This document shows, piece by piece, positions 27,411 to 35,809 of a stretch of 64,000 nucleotides of DNA. How positions within the stretch are numbered: the stretch's first letter is position 1; every line of letters begins with the position of its first letter. The translations under genes and the position numbers were made by a program. The stretch comes from Planctomycetota bacterium (GTDB lineage: Bacteria > Planctomycetota > E44-bin39). The notes under the pieces were generated by a model. The model had not been told where the DNA came from. It ran no database searches and saw only the letters and a list, made by a program, of their open reading frames with translations. The stretch lies in the NCBI GenBank assembly GCA_004376375.1, contig SOJX01000079.1, forward strand, positions 54,454 to 118,453, given 5' to 3'.

Positions 27411-28667
27411 ATGAAGGAAGACCTCAGAAAGAAACTGAAAATCGACGCGAAAAAGCTCGACGATTTGAACGCGCTTCTCCTCGATCCCGGGAACCCGGTG
27501 ATAAACGGTTTACTGGAAATCGTCGAAAAGTTCGGCGGGCCCGAGGAAATCAACCGGAAGGCCGCCGAGGCAAGGAAACTGGATAACCTCCTCGCAAGAC
27601 TGAAGGAAGAAGGCTCCCCGTACCTCGCCGACCTCGAGTGGCTCACGGAGCAGCGCGATAATAAGAGCTTTGTTTCCTTTAAAGACTGGCAGAAGAAAAT
27701 AACCGGCGAAAACGCGCCCGTCGATATGGACAGGGGCGTAACCCTCGAGATCAGCGCCCTCCAGTTTTTCCCGTGGCTTATCGCGGAAGCGAAGAGATCC
27801 ATCGAGAACGGCGAACTCATGCCCGGGCGCTACATCCGTGTACGTAACATGAAGGAACAGGTCCAGGACCAGGGTGATATCCTCGCGATAGCCGCGGCGA
27901 TGCAGATTATCGGCGCAAGCTACGTTGAAACCCTGGACACGAAAGGCACCGACGGGTCGAACGTCCACCTCGGTGGGCCGGCGACCATCGCGGGATACTT
28001 CGGCGGCGTCGGCCAGCCGAACGATTATCCGTTCAAGTGGGTCGAAGAGTTCCTCCATTACTACACAACCTACGGAATCAAACAGGTGCTGAACATCAAC
28101 CCGGGCACCATCCTCGCGGGGTACATACTGCATAAGCTCGGCATCGACAACGAGTTCAAGATTTCAGTTTTCATGGGGAACGACAATCCGCTGGCCGTTA
28201 TGTGGACGCTCGCGGGTGCGAAACTTTTTTCACGCGACGACGACATGACATCGCTCATCGGTTTCAACTTCTCCAATTCTGTGAACAACGACACCATCCG
28301 CGATTCCTCGTGGGTGCGGGGACGGCTGGGCTTTGAAGAAGTGGTTCGCTTCGAGCACCACATCACGGAGACCTTCAAGTCCATAGTCGTGCAGCCTTAC
28401 AACCGCCGGGACGAGCTTGTCGAGATCGCAAAGGAAGTGCCGAACATCTCCGCGAAGCACGAGGGCAACGATCCGGAAATCGACGGCGCACAGGAGCACC
28501 CGTCAGACATCCTCGATTATTTCGCGCCGAAGGAAGACATCGAGAAGCAGGGGCTGATGGAAGCAATGATGAACAACTACCTTGGAAAACACGACGCCTG
28601 CAACCGCTCGGCCGAGGTGCTCATCAAGGCTGGGATCGCAGTCATATACGCGCAGAACCTGCATTGA
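27411..28667 (+). CDS. Hypothetical soluble protein downstream of panB
   Basis: GAGAGGAG RBS, host-like codon usage, Gly/His-rich motifs (ETLDTKGTDGSNVHLGG, EHH, KHEG); no family recognised. Confidence 0.85.
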   Translation: MKEDLRKKLKIDAKKLDDLNALLLDPGNPVINGLLEIVEKFGGPEEINRKAAEARKLDNLLARLKEEGSPYLADLEWLTEQRDNKSFVSFKDWQKKITGENAPVDMDRGVTLEISALQFFPWLIAEAKRSIENGELMPGRYIRVRNMKEQVQDQGDILAIAAAMQIIGASYVETLDTKGTDGSNVHLGGPATIAGYFGGVGQPNDYPFKWVEEFLHYYTTYGIKQVLNINPGTILAGYILHKLGIDNEFKISVFMGNDNPLAVMWTLAGAKLFSRDDDMTSLIGFNFSNSVNNDTIRDSSWVRGRLGFEEVVRFEHHITETFKSIVVQPYNRRDELVEIAKEVPNISAKHEGNDPEIDGAQEHPSDILDYFAPKEDIEKQGLMEAMMNNYLGKHDACNRSAEVLIKAGIAVIYAQNLH

Positions 28668-28676
28668 TAAAATTTG

Positions 28677-28762
<86 letters not shown>

Positions 28763-28788
28763 AGGCTGGGAGCATTCGCTGCATTTCG

Positions 28789-28816
28789 ATTATACACGCG
28801 TGGAATTCTGAGTCAA
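28789..28816 (-). promoter_or_regulatory. Sigma70-like promoter of tRNA-Leu
   Basis: TTGACT-16nt-TATAAT. Confidence 0.65.
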
Positions 28817-28824
28817 GATTTTTT

Positions 28825-28872
28825 AAGAAGTACCAAGTACCGAGTACCGAGTACCGGGTATCAAGTATCGAG
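28825..28872. repeat. AAGAAG-led (GTACCRA)n heptamer array
   Basis: aagaag taccaag taccgag taccgag taccggg tatcaag tatcgag. Confidence 0.8.
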
Positions 28873-28913
28873 AAAATTATTTAATCAAGGATTAATATTT
28901 TTCTCTGTACCTA

Positions 28914-29861
28914 TTACTTCTTCAGTTTGCGCTTTCCGGAAATGTTGGCCTTTTTCTTGCGCAGAAAACCGTCTAATTCTTCCAGCGTGGGCATTGCGGC
29001 GCGTGCGCCCAGCTTTGTGCATTTCATTGCTGCGGCCGCCGCGGCGACCTCGACGCAGTCGGACATGTTGAAATCCTGGACAAGCCCGAAGGCGTAAGCG
29101 CCGTGGAAGACGTCTCCCGCTCCCGTTGTGTCGATTGCGGCAACCGGAAACGCCCGTTGGTAGTGCAGGTGTTTCCTTTTTAGAAAGAAAACGCCCTTTT
29201 CGCCCGAAGTGATTGCCACATGCCTGAAGCCCTGTTTTGAAAACTCGAGAAGCGCGGCGCCGGGGTCGTCGTGGCCTGTGAATTCTTCGGCAAATATCTG
29301 TGACGCGATCAGATGGTCGACGTATTCAAGAAGTTTCTCCGTGTCCGGCTTCATGCTGCCGGCGTCGAATACCACGGGGACGTCGTGCTCTCTTGCGGTC
29401 CGCGCAGCCGCAATCGACGCGTCCATGTGGTGTCCGTCGACGAGGAGGCATTTTGCGTTTCCGATTATTTCGTTATCGATTTCATTCGGTGAGAGGACGC
29501 CGGAAGTTCCGCGCGACCAGATTATCGTCCTGGTGGCGGCAAGCGGCTGGACAATTATAAGGCTTAGCGGTGACGATGTGCCGGGGCGGGTTATAAGACC
29601 CGAGATATTCACGCCGTCTTTTTCGAACTCGTTTTTGATGAACTGGCCGTAAAAGTCGTCTCCGACCGTGCCGAGAAATGCCGTCCTGACTCCCAGCCTC
29701 GACGCGGCGGCCGCGGCCGTGGCGGCCGGACCGCCTCCCTGGAGAGAGAGTTCTTCCGCAAGCAGTTTCGTATCCGGCTCGGGGAAAGTGCCGACCTTTG
29801 TTCCGATATCAACGGCTGCGTGGCCGAGAGTGACGAGTTCGGGTCGTTTGTCGGCGTTCAA
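28914..29861 (-). CDS. PfkB/ribokinase-family carbohydrate kinase
   Basis: GGGPAATAA.A..RLG, VGDD, DTTGAGDVFHG; start placed at a TTG behind AAGGAG. Confidence 0.9.
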   Translation of the reverse strand: MNADKRPELVTLGHAAVDIGTKVGTFPEPDTKLLAEELSLQGGGPAATAAAAASRLGVRTAFLGTVGDDFYGQFIKNEFEKDGVNISGLITRPGTSSPLSLIIVQPLAATRTIIWSRGTSGVLSPNEIDNEIIGNAKCLLVDGHHMDASIAAARTAREHDVPVVFDAGSMKPDTEKLLEYVDHLIASQIFAEEFTGHDDPGAALLEFSKQGFRHVAITSGEKGVFFLKRKHLHYQRAFPVAAIDTTGAGDVFHGAYAFGLVQDFNMSDCVEVAAAAAAMKCTKLGARAAMPTLEELDGFLRKKKANISGKRKLKK

Positions 29862-30091
29862 AATCAAGAACTCCTTCGTCGCGAATATTTGTAGTTCGAA
29901 ATGCATTGTAGCTGCCGTTTTACAGGGTGTCAAGGACGGAAGAAAAGGAGTGCCGGTGTCTGCGGCCACGCCGGCGCTGCGGTTTATACATTGCATAATA
30001 CCTGGAAAAACCTGTTTTTTCAGTGAACGAAACAGATGTAACGTTGCTTTTCATAATAGAGATGGATATTATTGATTATGAGAGGAAAGGA

Positions 30092-31594
30092 ATGATGCGT
30101 ATAAATGCCATATATATTTTATCGTTCTGCGTCCTTGTGCTTCAAACACAACCCGCCTATGCGAAAATCTACCACTACAGCCTTCTCGAGCTTGTGGAAA
30201 AAGCGGATTACATCGTAACCGGAAAGGTTGTGGAGGTTGGAGACACGACAGCTGTTGTAAAACTTGACCAGGTCATAGAAGGCAGGATTACTGAAAAGCA
30301 GATAACGGTAACGGGTATTTATGCTCATCACTGCCTCGGGAAGACGAAGAATTTCACAAAAGGTGACAATGTTCTTCTGTTCCTCAGCGCACCGAAGGGC
30401 GGGGTATACAAGGTTATCTGCGGCGGGCAGGGGAAAATCACATTACATGATGGCGTGATAAAAGCCTATTACTTTACTTCGGCGAAGGAATACAAGGTAA
30501 ACGACTTCATAAAATCCGTCAAACGGCTTATTGAAATATCCGAAATCAGTGACGGGGATGCGAAAATCCGAATCCTGTTCGACCTGTGCGAGTCTCCGGA
30601 CCCCGTACTTCGCCGCTCGGCCTGGAGATATATCAGAATGAAGGTTTACAGGTCGGGAAAATCCACTGAATTGAGAAAGAATGTTATTAAGATGCTTTCA
30701 AGCAAATATCCTGATACGCGGATTGAGGGTGTTAACCTGCTCGCGTGTTTCAAGGATGCCGAAGCTGCTAAACTTATCGTCAAGGCGGCATGGGACCCCG
30801 ATTATAACGTTGTGGCCAACGCCATCCTCACCCTCTATCGGATTGACAGGCCGAAGGCGGTGGAGATACTTGTCGGACTGGGTAAACACAAGGACCATAT
30901 GGTCAGGACGTTCGCCTGCCTCGAGCTTTACAGGAACGGGCACCCCGGCCACAAGGAGGCGTGCAGAAAGCTCTTTGCAAGTAAGGATGAGAAGGTGCTG
31001 ATAGCTGCCGCGAAAATGCTCACACGGGCCGGGGTGAGGGGTGAGGCCGTAAAGGAAGTAATCTATCCAAAGCTCGTCGGCATGCTCGACAATTCTTCGG
31101 AAGAGCTTTTGTCCGCAGCCCTTTTCGGCCTCTCGGCATGCGACGAGCCGGAAGCGCTCAGATTACTTATGCCCTTTCTGGTGAAGAAGGAAACCAGCGG
31201 GAAAACCAAGGCTGAGGTTGTCCGGGGGATCCACCATGTTCTGCTCCGCACCAAGGACGAGTACTTTGCCGGTAACCCGGACCTGAAAAAATACCTGCAT
31301 GAAAATCTTCACCTCGTCATCGAGCACCTGGAGGGCGATGGCCTTAATCCTAAATCCGCAATTTCCATCCTCCGAATAGTCGGAACTCCCGTGGCCATTG
31401 AGGCGCTTAAACGGGCTGTAAAAAACCATCCAGACCCGACCGTCAGGCAGTTCGCCGAGGCAAGCCTTAAGGAAAAACGTGAGGTTAACGGCGGGTGCGC
31501 GTCTGGAAGCGGCGCTAAAATTGCGTTGTTATTACCGCTTCTTCTGCTGGTTTTCTTTGCGGTTTTTCGAAAAAAGATATTCAAGACCCGCTAG
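30092..31594 (+). CDS. Exported HEAT-repeat protein with a C-terminal GGC-TM-basic sorting signal
   Basis: Signal peptide (AYA); HEAT-like repeats; tail NGGCASGSGAKIALLLPLLLLVFFAVFRKK. Confidence 0.75.
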   Translation: MMRINAIYILSFCVLVLQTQPAYAKIYHYSLLELVEKADYIVTGKVVEVGDTTAVVKLDQVIEGRITEKQITVTGIYAHHCLGKTKNFTKGDNVLLFLSAPKGGVYKVICGGQGKITLHDGVIKAYYFTSAKEYKVNDFIKSVKRLIEISEISDGDAKIRILFDLCESPDPVLRRSAWRYIRMKVYRSGKSTELRKNVIKMLSSKYPDTRIEGVNLLACFKDAEAAKLIVKAAWDPDYNVVANAILTLYRIDRPKAVEILVGLGKHKDHMVRTFACLELYRNGHPGHKEACRKLFASKDEKVLIAAAKMLTRAGVRGEAVKEVIYPKLVGMLDNSSEELLSAALFGLSACDEPEALRLLMPFLVKKETSGKTKAEVVRGIHHVLLRTKDEYFAGNPDLKKYLHENLHLVIEHLEGDGLNPKSAISILRIVGTPVAIEALKRAVKNHPDPTVRQFAEASLKEKREVNGGCASGSGAKIALLLPLLLLVFFAVFRKKIFKTR

Positions 31595-31677
31595 AGTATC
31601 CTTGCCCGAAATTCCCTTCACATTTTGCTGATTCCAAGTATAGTGGAAGAAGTACCGAGTAACGAGTATATCCGCTT

Positions 31678-32868
31678 ATGAAAGTTCTTGTAGATTTAAG
31701 GCCTCTTCAGTCGCCGGATTTTGCCGAGCGCGGCATCGGGACATACGCGCGCAATATGCTGCGTGTCCTGAACAGCCGTTTCGAGGGGAGTATGGACGGG
31801 CTTTCCGCCGACAACTTTCCCCGCCCCGATTCGCCTCTCCCTGAAAGCAAGGCCCGGTTCTACAGGCCGAAGTTCCGAAAGCTCGTGCCGTTCAACTGGC
31901 TTTTCGACCGCATTGTTATCTCGGCCAAGCTGTGCTGGTCCGATTATGACCTCCTGCACATCCTCGAGCCGTTCCGCCACGCGCTTACTCTCCCGCGCAG
32001 GAGCAGGACGCGCGTGGTCTGCACGGTGTACGACCTTATTCCGATAATTTTCCCCGAGCATTATTTCCCGGGCGGGATTCGGGGCCGCGTGTGGAGCATG
32101 GGCGAGCGTTTCAATTCCCGGCTCATTCCCAGGATCGACCGCATAATCGCCATCAGCGAGAATACGAAACGCGACCTGGTTGAGCGGCTCGGCGTGGAGG
32201 AATCGCGCATTTCGGTTGTCTACCAGTCGGTTGACGGGGAAGTCCTGAAACCGGACGGCGACCCGGAACGCGACAGGGCCGTTCTTGACGGGTTGAACAT
32301 TCCTGAGAAATTTATCCTTTACGTCGGCGACGTCGACTGGCGAAAAGACATTGCATCTCTTGCCCGCGCGCTGGCGCGGCTGAAATCTCCCGGGGACAAA
32401 GATGTTCCGCTCGTGATGGCGGGGGGAACGATTGCCGAGAGGGAATCGCATGCCGCGCGGGGGGCCTGGGAAGCAATTAATAACGCAGGTGTCGCCGGGC
32501 GCGTCATAACGCCGGGATTCGTCCCGCAGGATGAGCTTGCTTCGCTGTACAGGTCGGCCGCGTGTCTTGTTTTTCCGTCCGTTTACGAGGGCTTCGGCCT
32601 GCCGCCGCTGGAGGCTATGGCGTGCGGATGCCCGGTCGTCACGACGGATGCGTCCAGCCTGCCGGAAGTAGTCGGCGATGCGGGAATCCTTTTTCATCCG
32701 GGAGATGATGCGGCATGTGCCGAAGCGATTATGAAGATTCTTGACGACGGGGAGACAGCCTCAGAGATGCGGGATGCGGGTCTCAAACGTGCAGAGAGGT
32801 TCTCGGATGAAAATTTCGCAGGGGGGGTAATCGCCGCCTATCATGCGGCGAAAAAGAGAGCCGTCTAG
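31678..32868 (+). CDS. Glycosyltransferase family 4
   Basis: RGIGTY, TVYDLIP, FPSVYEGFGLPPLEAMACGCPV, SSLPEV. Confidence 0.93.
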   Translation: MKVLVDLRPLQSPDFAERGIGTYARNMLRVLNSRFEGSMDGLSADNFPRPDSPLPESKARFYRPKFRKLVPFNWLFDRIVISAKLCWSDYDLLHILEPFRHALTLPRRSRTRVVCTVYDLIPIIFPEHYFPGGIRGRVWSMGERFNSRLIPRIDRIIAISENTKRDLVERLGVEESRISVVYQSVDGEVLKPDGDPERDRAVLDGLNIPEKFILYVGDVDWRKDIASLARALARLKSPGDKDVPLVMAGGTIAERESHAARGAWEAINNAGVAGRVITPGFVPQDELASLYRSAACLVFPSVYEGFGLPPLEAMACGCPVVTTDASSLPEVVGDAGILFHPGDDAACAEAIMKILDDGETASEMRDAGLKRAERFSDENFAGGVIAAYHAAKKRAV

Positions 32869-34196
32869 TGTTCCTCTTCTTCGTCTTCTTCAAGATCTAT
32901 TTTATACTTGCCGCTTTCGCGCTTCTTTTCCATCTGGCGGATATACCATGTAGTCGAGTGGACCGGCTTCGTGCCTTCCGCCGGAGCTACTTCCTCCAGT
33001 TCTTCGATTTCCTCGATAATGACATCCTGGTCGACTATTCCCGGGTCGGAATCGCTGAGGATCAGTTCATCCGGCTTTGCTCTCAGTGCGGCTTTGAAGT
33101 CCGTGACCGGCGGAGGCGTCAGGACGAAATCGTCGTCCCAGGTCTCGGCCTGGCCCTGTTCCGGGGTGCCGCCCCGGTATGGAAGATCTATGGTTTCGTC
33201 GTCGTGCTCGCGCGGTGCGCCGGACGCGGCCTTGCGAGGCCGCGCGGCCGGCTCCTCGGTGTCGACGTCGCACGTCCCGTATTTTGCCGCTTCGCCTGTG
33301 TCGTCCGGGTCGGGCATGTCCAGGTTCTTGATGGCCTCTTCGACGAAATCTTCGTCGTCGGCATCCGACGTGAGCTCCTGGGTCTCGGCGGCGGATATGC
33401 CCGTGTGTTTTCCCTTTACCATCTCAAGGCATGAGCCGTCCTGGAGGTAGTTGACGTGGTCTGCGGCGCTTAGAATAAGGCGGATGCCGAGTCCGCCGAC
33501 TTTTCCTTCGCTTACCCGCCTGCGCACCGCATCGACGGCGGAGCCCTGCTTGCTTTCCAGCAGGACGCGGCCGAAGTCGAACCCCGGCCCCTCGTCCTGC
33601 ACGACGACTTTTAATTCCTTGGGGGCGTCGTGAAATGCCAGGACGATTTTCTTCGCAGGGTCGTACTTGTTGCCGTGGATTTCCCCGTTGCCGACCGCTT
33701 CGCGCATGGCGGCGGAAAGCAGATCCTTGTCGTACGCGGAAAGACCCTTGCGGGTGTAGATATATCTTTCGCCGATCTTGTTCATCTTGTCCAGCACGTC
33801 GCGCTCAGTAGGGCCTACAAGTCGGATTGCATTCAGGGCGGCGAGGCGTGCGAACATTTTTGGGACGTCGGTTTCATAGTCGACCTGCACGATGTTTTCC
33901 GGCGCGACCACTTCCTCGGTCGCCTCGAAGTGCATCGTGATTTTCCCCATTCTTATTTCGTCTTTGTCGGTCAGGATCTTCTCTTCAATACGCTCCTCGT
34001 TGACCTTGACGCCGTTGGCGCTGGCAAGGTCGACGATTTTCACTACTTCCGAGACCTCGAACCGGGCGTGGATGCGGGAGACCGAATTGTTGAGGAGTTG
34101 AATCGCGCAAGTGGGGTCGCGGCCTATAGTGGCGCCGTCGTGCACTTCGTAGATGCGCCGCAGATTCAGGGTGATATTTACCGTTATCCGGGCCAT
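32865..34196 (-). CDS. FHA domain + RsbW-like HATPase_c domain + acidic tail
   Basis: FHA IGR...VSRIHA...DLASANG; EAVGNGEIHG, DEGPGFD, GGLGIRLI. Confidence 0.82.
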   Translation of the reverse strand: MARITVNITLNLRRIYEVHDGATIGRDPTCAIQLLNNSVSRIHARFEVSEVVKIVDLASANGVKVNEERIEEKILTDKDEIRMGKITMHFEATEEVVAPENIVQVDYETDVPKMFARLAALNAIRLVGPTERDVLDKMNKIGERYIYTRKGLSAYDKDLLSAAMREAVGNGEIHGNKYDPAKKIVLAFHDAPKELKVVVQDEGPGFDFGRVLLESKQGSAVDAVRRRVSEGKVGGLGIRLILSAADHVNYLQDGSCLEMVKGKHTGISAAETQELTSDADDEDFVEEAIKNLDMPDPDDTGEAAKYGTCDVDTEEPAARPRKAASGAPREHDDETIDLPYRGGTPEQGQAETWDDDFVLTPPPVTDFKAALRAKPDELILSDSDPGIVDQDVIIEEIEELEEVAPAEGTKPVHSTTWYIRQMEKKRESGKYKIDLEEDEEEEH

Positions 34197-34300
34197 TTAT
34201 TCGGGACCTTTCCAGCCGCAATTCCTGCTATTATAGTGAGTGCCCGATTTATTTGCAAGACGTTTCTGATAAGAAAGTATCGAGTATTATTAATCCGGAG

Positions 34301-34320
34301 GGCGGACATTCCTGTCCGCC
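34301..34320. repeat. REP-like palindrome (ATTCCT-loop family)
   Basis: GGCGGAC-ATTCCT-GTCCGCC, same loop as 3456..3477. Confidence 0.6.
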
Positions 34321-34383
34321 AATAATGCGCGCTGTTCATTAAAACCGACGAACCGGAGAACTGAAGAGCCAACGAACTGATAC

Positions 34384-35328
34384 TCAAGCGTTGACGAAAT
34401 AGCTTACGCTTTCACGTGTTATGACTTTTATGTGACCAGAAGACTCGAGTTCTTCCAGGAGTTTTTCAGCTTCCTTTTCCGGAATTCCAAGCCCTCCGGT
34501 GATGTCGGCAAGAGTGCACGGGCGGCGCTCGAGCATGGAGAGGAGAGCGGTTGTTCCTTCTTTCAATCCCGTATCGACCGTCGATTTATCTTCAGGCGCC
34601 CGGCCGATGACAACGGCGTCCGGATGAATCCGCATCGCAATCTCCTGGAGCCGGGTGACGGGAATTGGAACCGCGGATTCCTCCGCCGGCGGGCGGACCG
34701 GAGAATTAATTTCGACGATATCGGGTTTGATGCGCCTTACGATCGCGGCGAGCGCGCTTATCTCCTCATCGCTCACGCCGCCGAGGAGCATTATTTCCAG
34801 GTGGTATTTTCCGGTAAACTCGTTTCGAAACGCGATAAGCCCGTCGACGGTTTTTTCGAATGAAAGCGAATCATGCGGCCGGTTGATGCGTCGAAACATT
34901 TCTTCGTTAGCGGCGTCGAGCGACGGTATTACGAGGTCCGCGCCCGCGCAGGCCTCGCGCACCTCGGGCATCCACAACAGCGAACCGTTGGTTATTACGG
35001 CCACGGGGATTTCAGTCAGCCGCCTGATGCCGCTGATGATTCTCCCGAGACCGGCGTGGAGCGTCGGCTCCCCCGAGCCCGAGAAGGTTATATAGTCCGG
35101 CTCAGAGTTTTCGCGGAGATAGGCATCGATTTCCGCGAGCGCTTTTTTCGCGTTTGCGTATTCTCTGCGTTCGACGGTTTTGTCGGTGGTGTGTCCGATC
35201 TGGCAGTAGATGCAATCAAAGGTGCAGGTCTTCAGCGGTACGAGGTCGACGCCGAGCGAGCGGCCAAGCCTGCGCGAATAGACGGGACCGAAGACATATG
35301 ACTTTTTTTCTTTATCAGTCACAGCCAT
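34384..35328 (-). CDS. Radical SAM protein (COG0731-like Fe-S oxidoreductase)
   Basis: FGPVYSRRLGRSLG, CTFDCIYC, SGSGEPTL, ITNGSL, SLDA. Confidence 0.9.
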   Translation of the reverse strand: MAVTDKEKKSYVFGPVYSRRLGRSLGVDLVPLKTCTFDCIYCQIGHTTDKTVERREYANAKKALAEIDAYLRENSEPDYITFSGSGEPTLHAGLGRIISGIRRLTEIPVAVITNGSLLWMPEVREACAGADLVIPSLDAANEEMFRRINRPHDSLSFEKTVDGLIAFRNEFTGKYHLEIMLLGGVSDEEISALAAIVRRIKPDIVEINSPVRPPAEESAVPIPVTRLQEIAMRIHPDAVVIGRAPEDKSTVDTGLKEGTTALLSMLERRPCTLADITGGLGIPEKEAEKLLEELESSGHIKVITRESVSYFVNA

Positions 35329-35557
35329 GAAACTCACGGCAGGAGTTCGGTCAGCCGACCGAAGTGTTGCGCGATTCACCGCTGCCCTTGCAGAACGCCG
35401 GGCCGGGGCTTTTTATGATTATTCCCATTCCGCCGGTGAAGGCCTTGCGCACCGGTCCGCCGCACTCGGGGCATTTATCCGGGTCCGGCTCGCTGATTGC
35501 CTTGAATACCTCAAAGCAGTGGTCGCATGATTCGCATGTATAATCGTAGGTCGGCAT
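35315..35557 (-). CDS. FmdB-family zinc-ribbon protein; ends at 35351 unless the UGA is read as Sec (extended end shown)
   Basis: MPTYDYTCESC...CPECG; after the UGA it reads PNSCREFHGCD then TGA TAA; SECIS-like hairpin at 35324..35340. Confidence 0.75.
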
Positions 35558-35559
35558 GG

Positions 35560-35805
35560 TTACTCCACCTTACCGATTCTTCTGCTTTCGGGCGTGTGCC
35601 TGAATCGACCGCTTTCGCGGCTCTTATCCTTCCGCGCGTTGTTGACGATTTTTTCGACGACGGGGTGCAGGCAGAACGGCACTTCGCTCATCGCCCGGTG
35701 GAACTTGATGCAATCGCAGCACGTACCGATACGCGGACAGCCCGGATTCAGCGTCACGCACGGGCAGTCCTTCGCAATCTCGTCTTTGAACGGGCAGTCG
35801 TACAT
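35560..35805 (-). CDS. Small Cys-rich protein (DUF6485-like)
   Basis: CPC....CPR.G.CC.C..FH....EVP.C pattern; operonic with selD. Confidence 0.7.
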   Translation of the reverse strand: MYDCPFKDEIAKDCPCVTLNPGCPRIGTCCDCIKFHRAMSEVPFCLHPVVEKIVNNARKDKSRESGRFRHTPESRRIGKVE

Positions 35806-35809
35806 GTTA

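Noticed and set aside
34340-34386. Sec readthrough of the radical SAM TGA stop
   Set aside because: The downstream frame is repeat-derived, with no Cys context and no convincing hairpin
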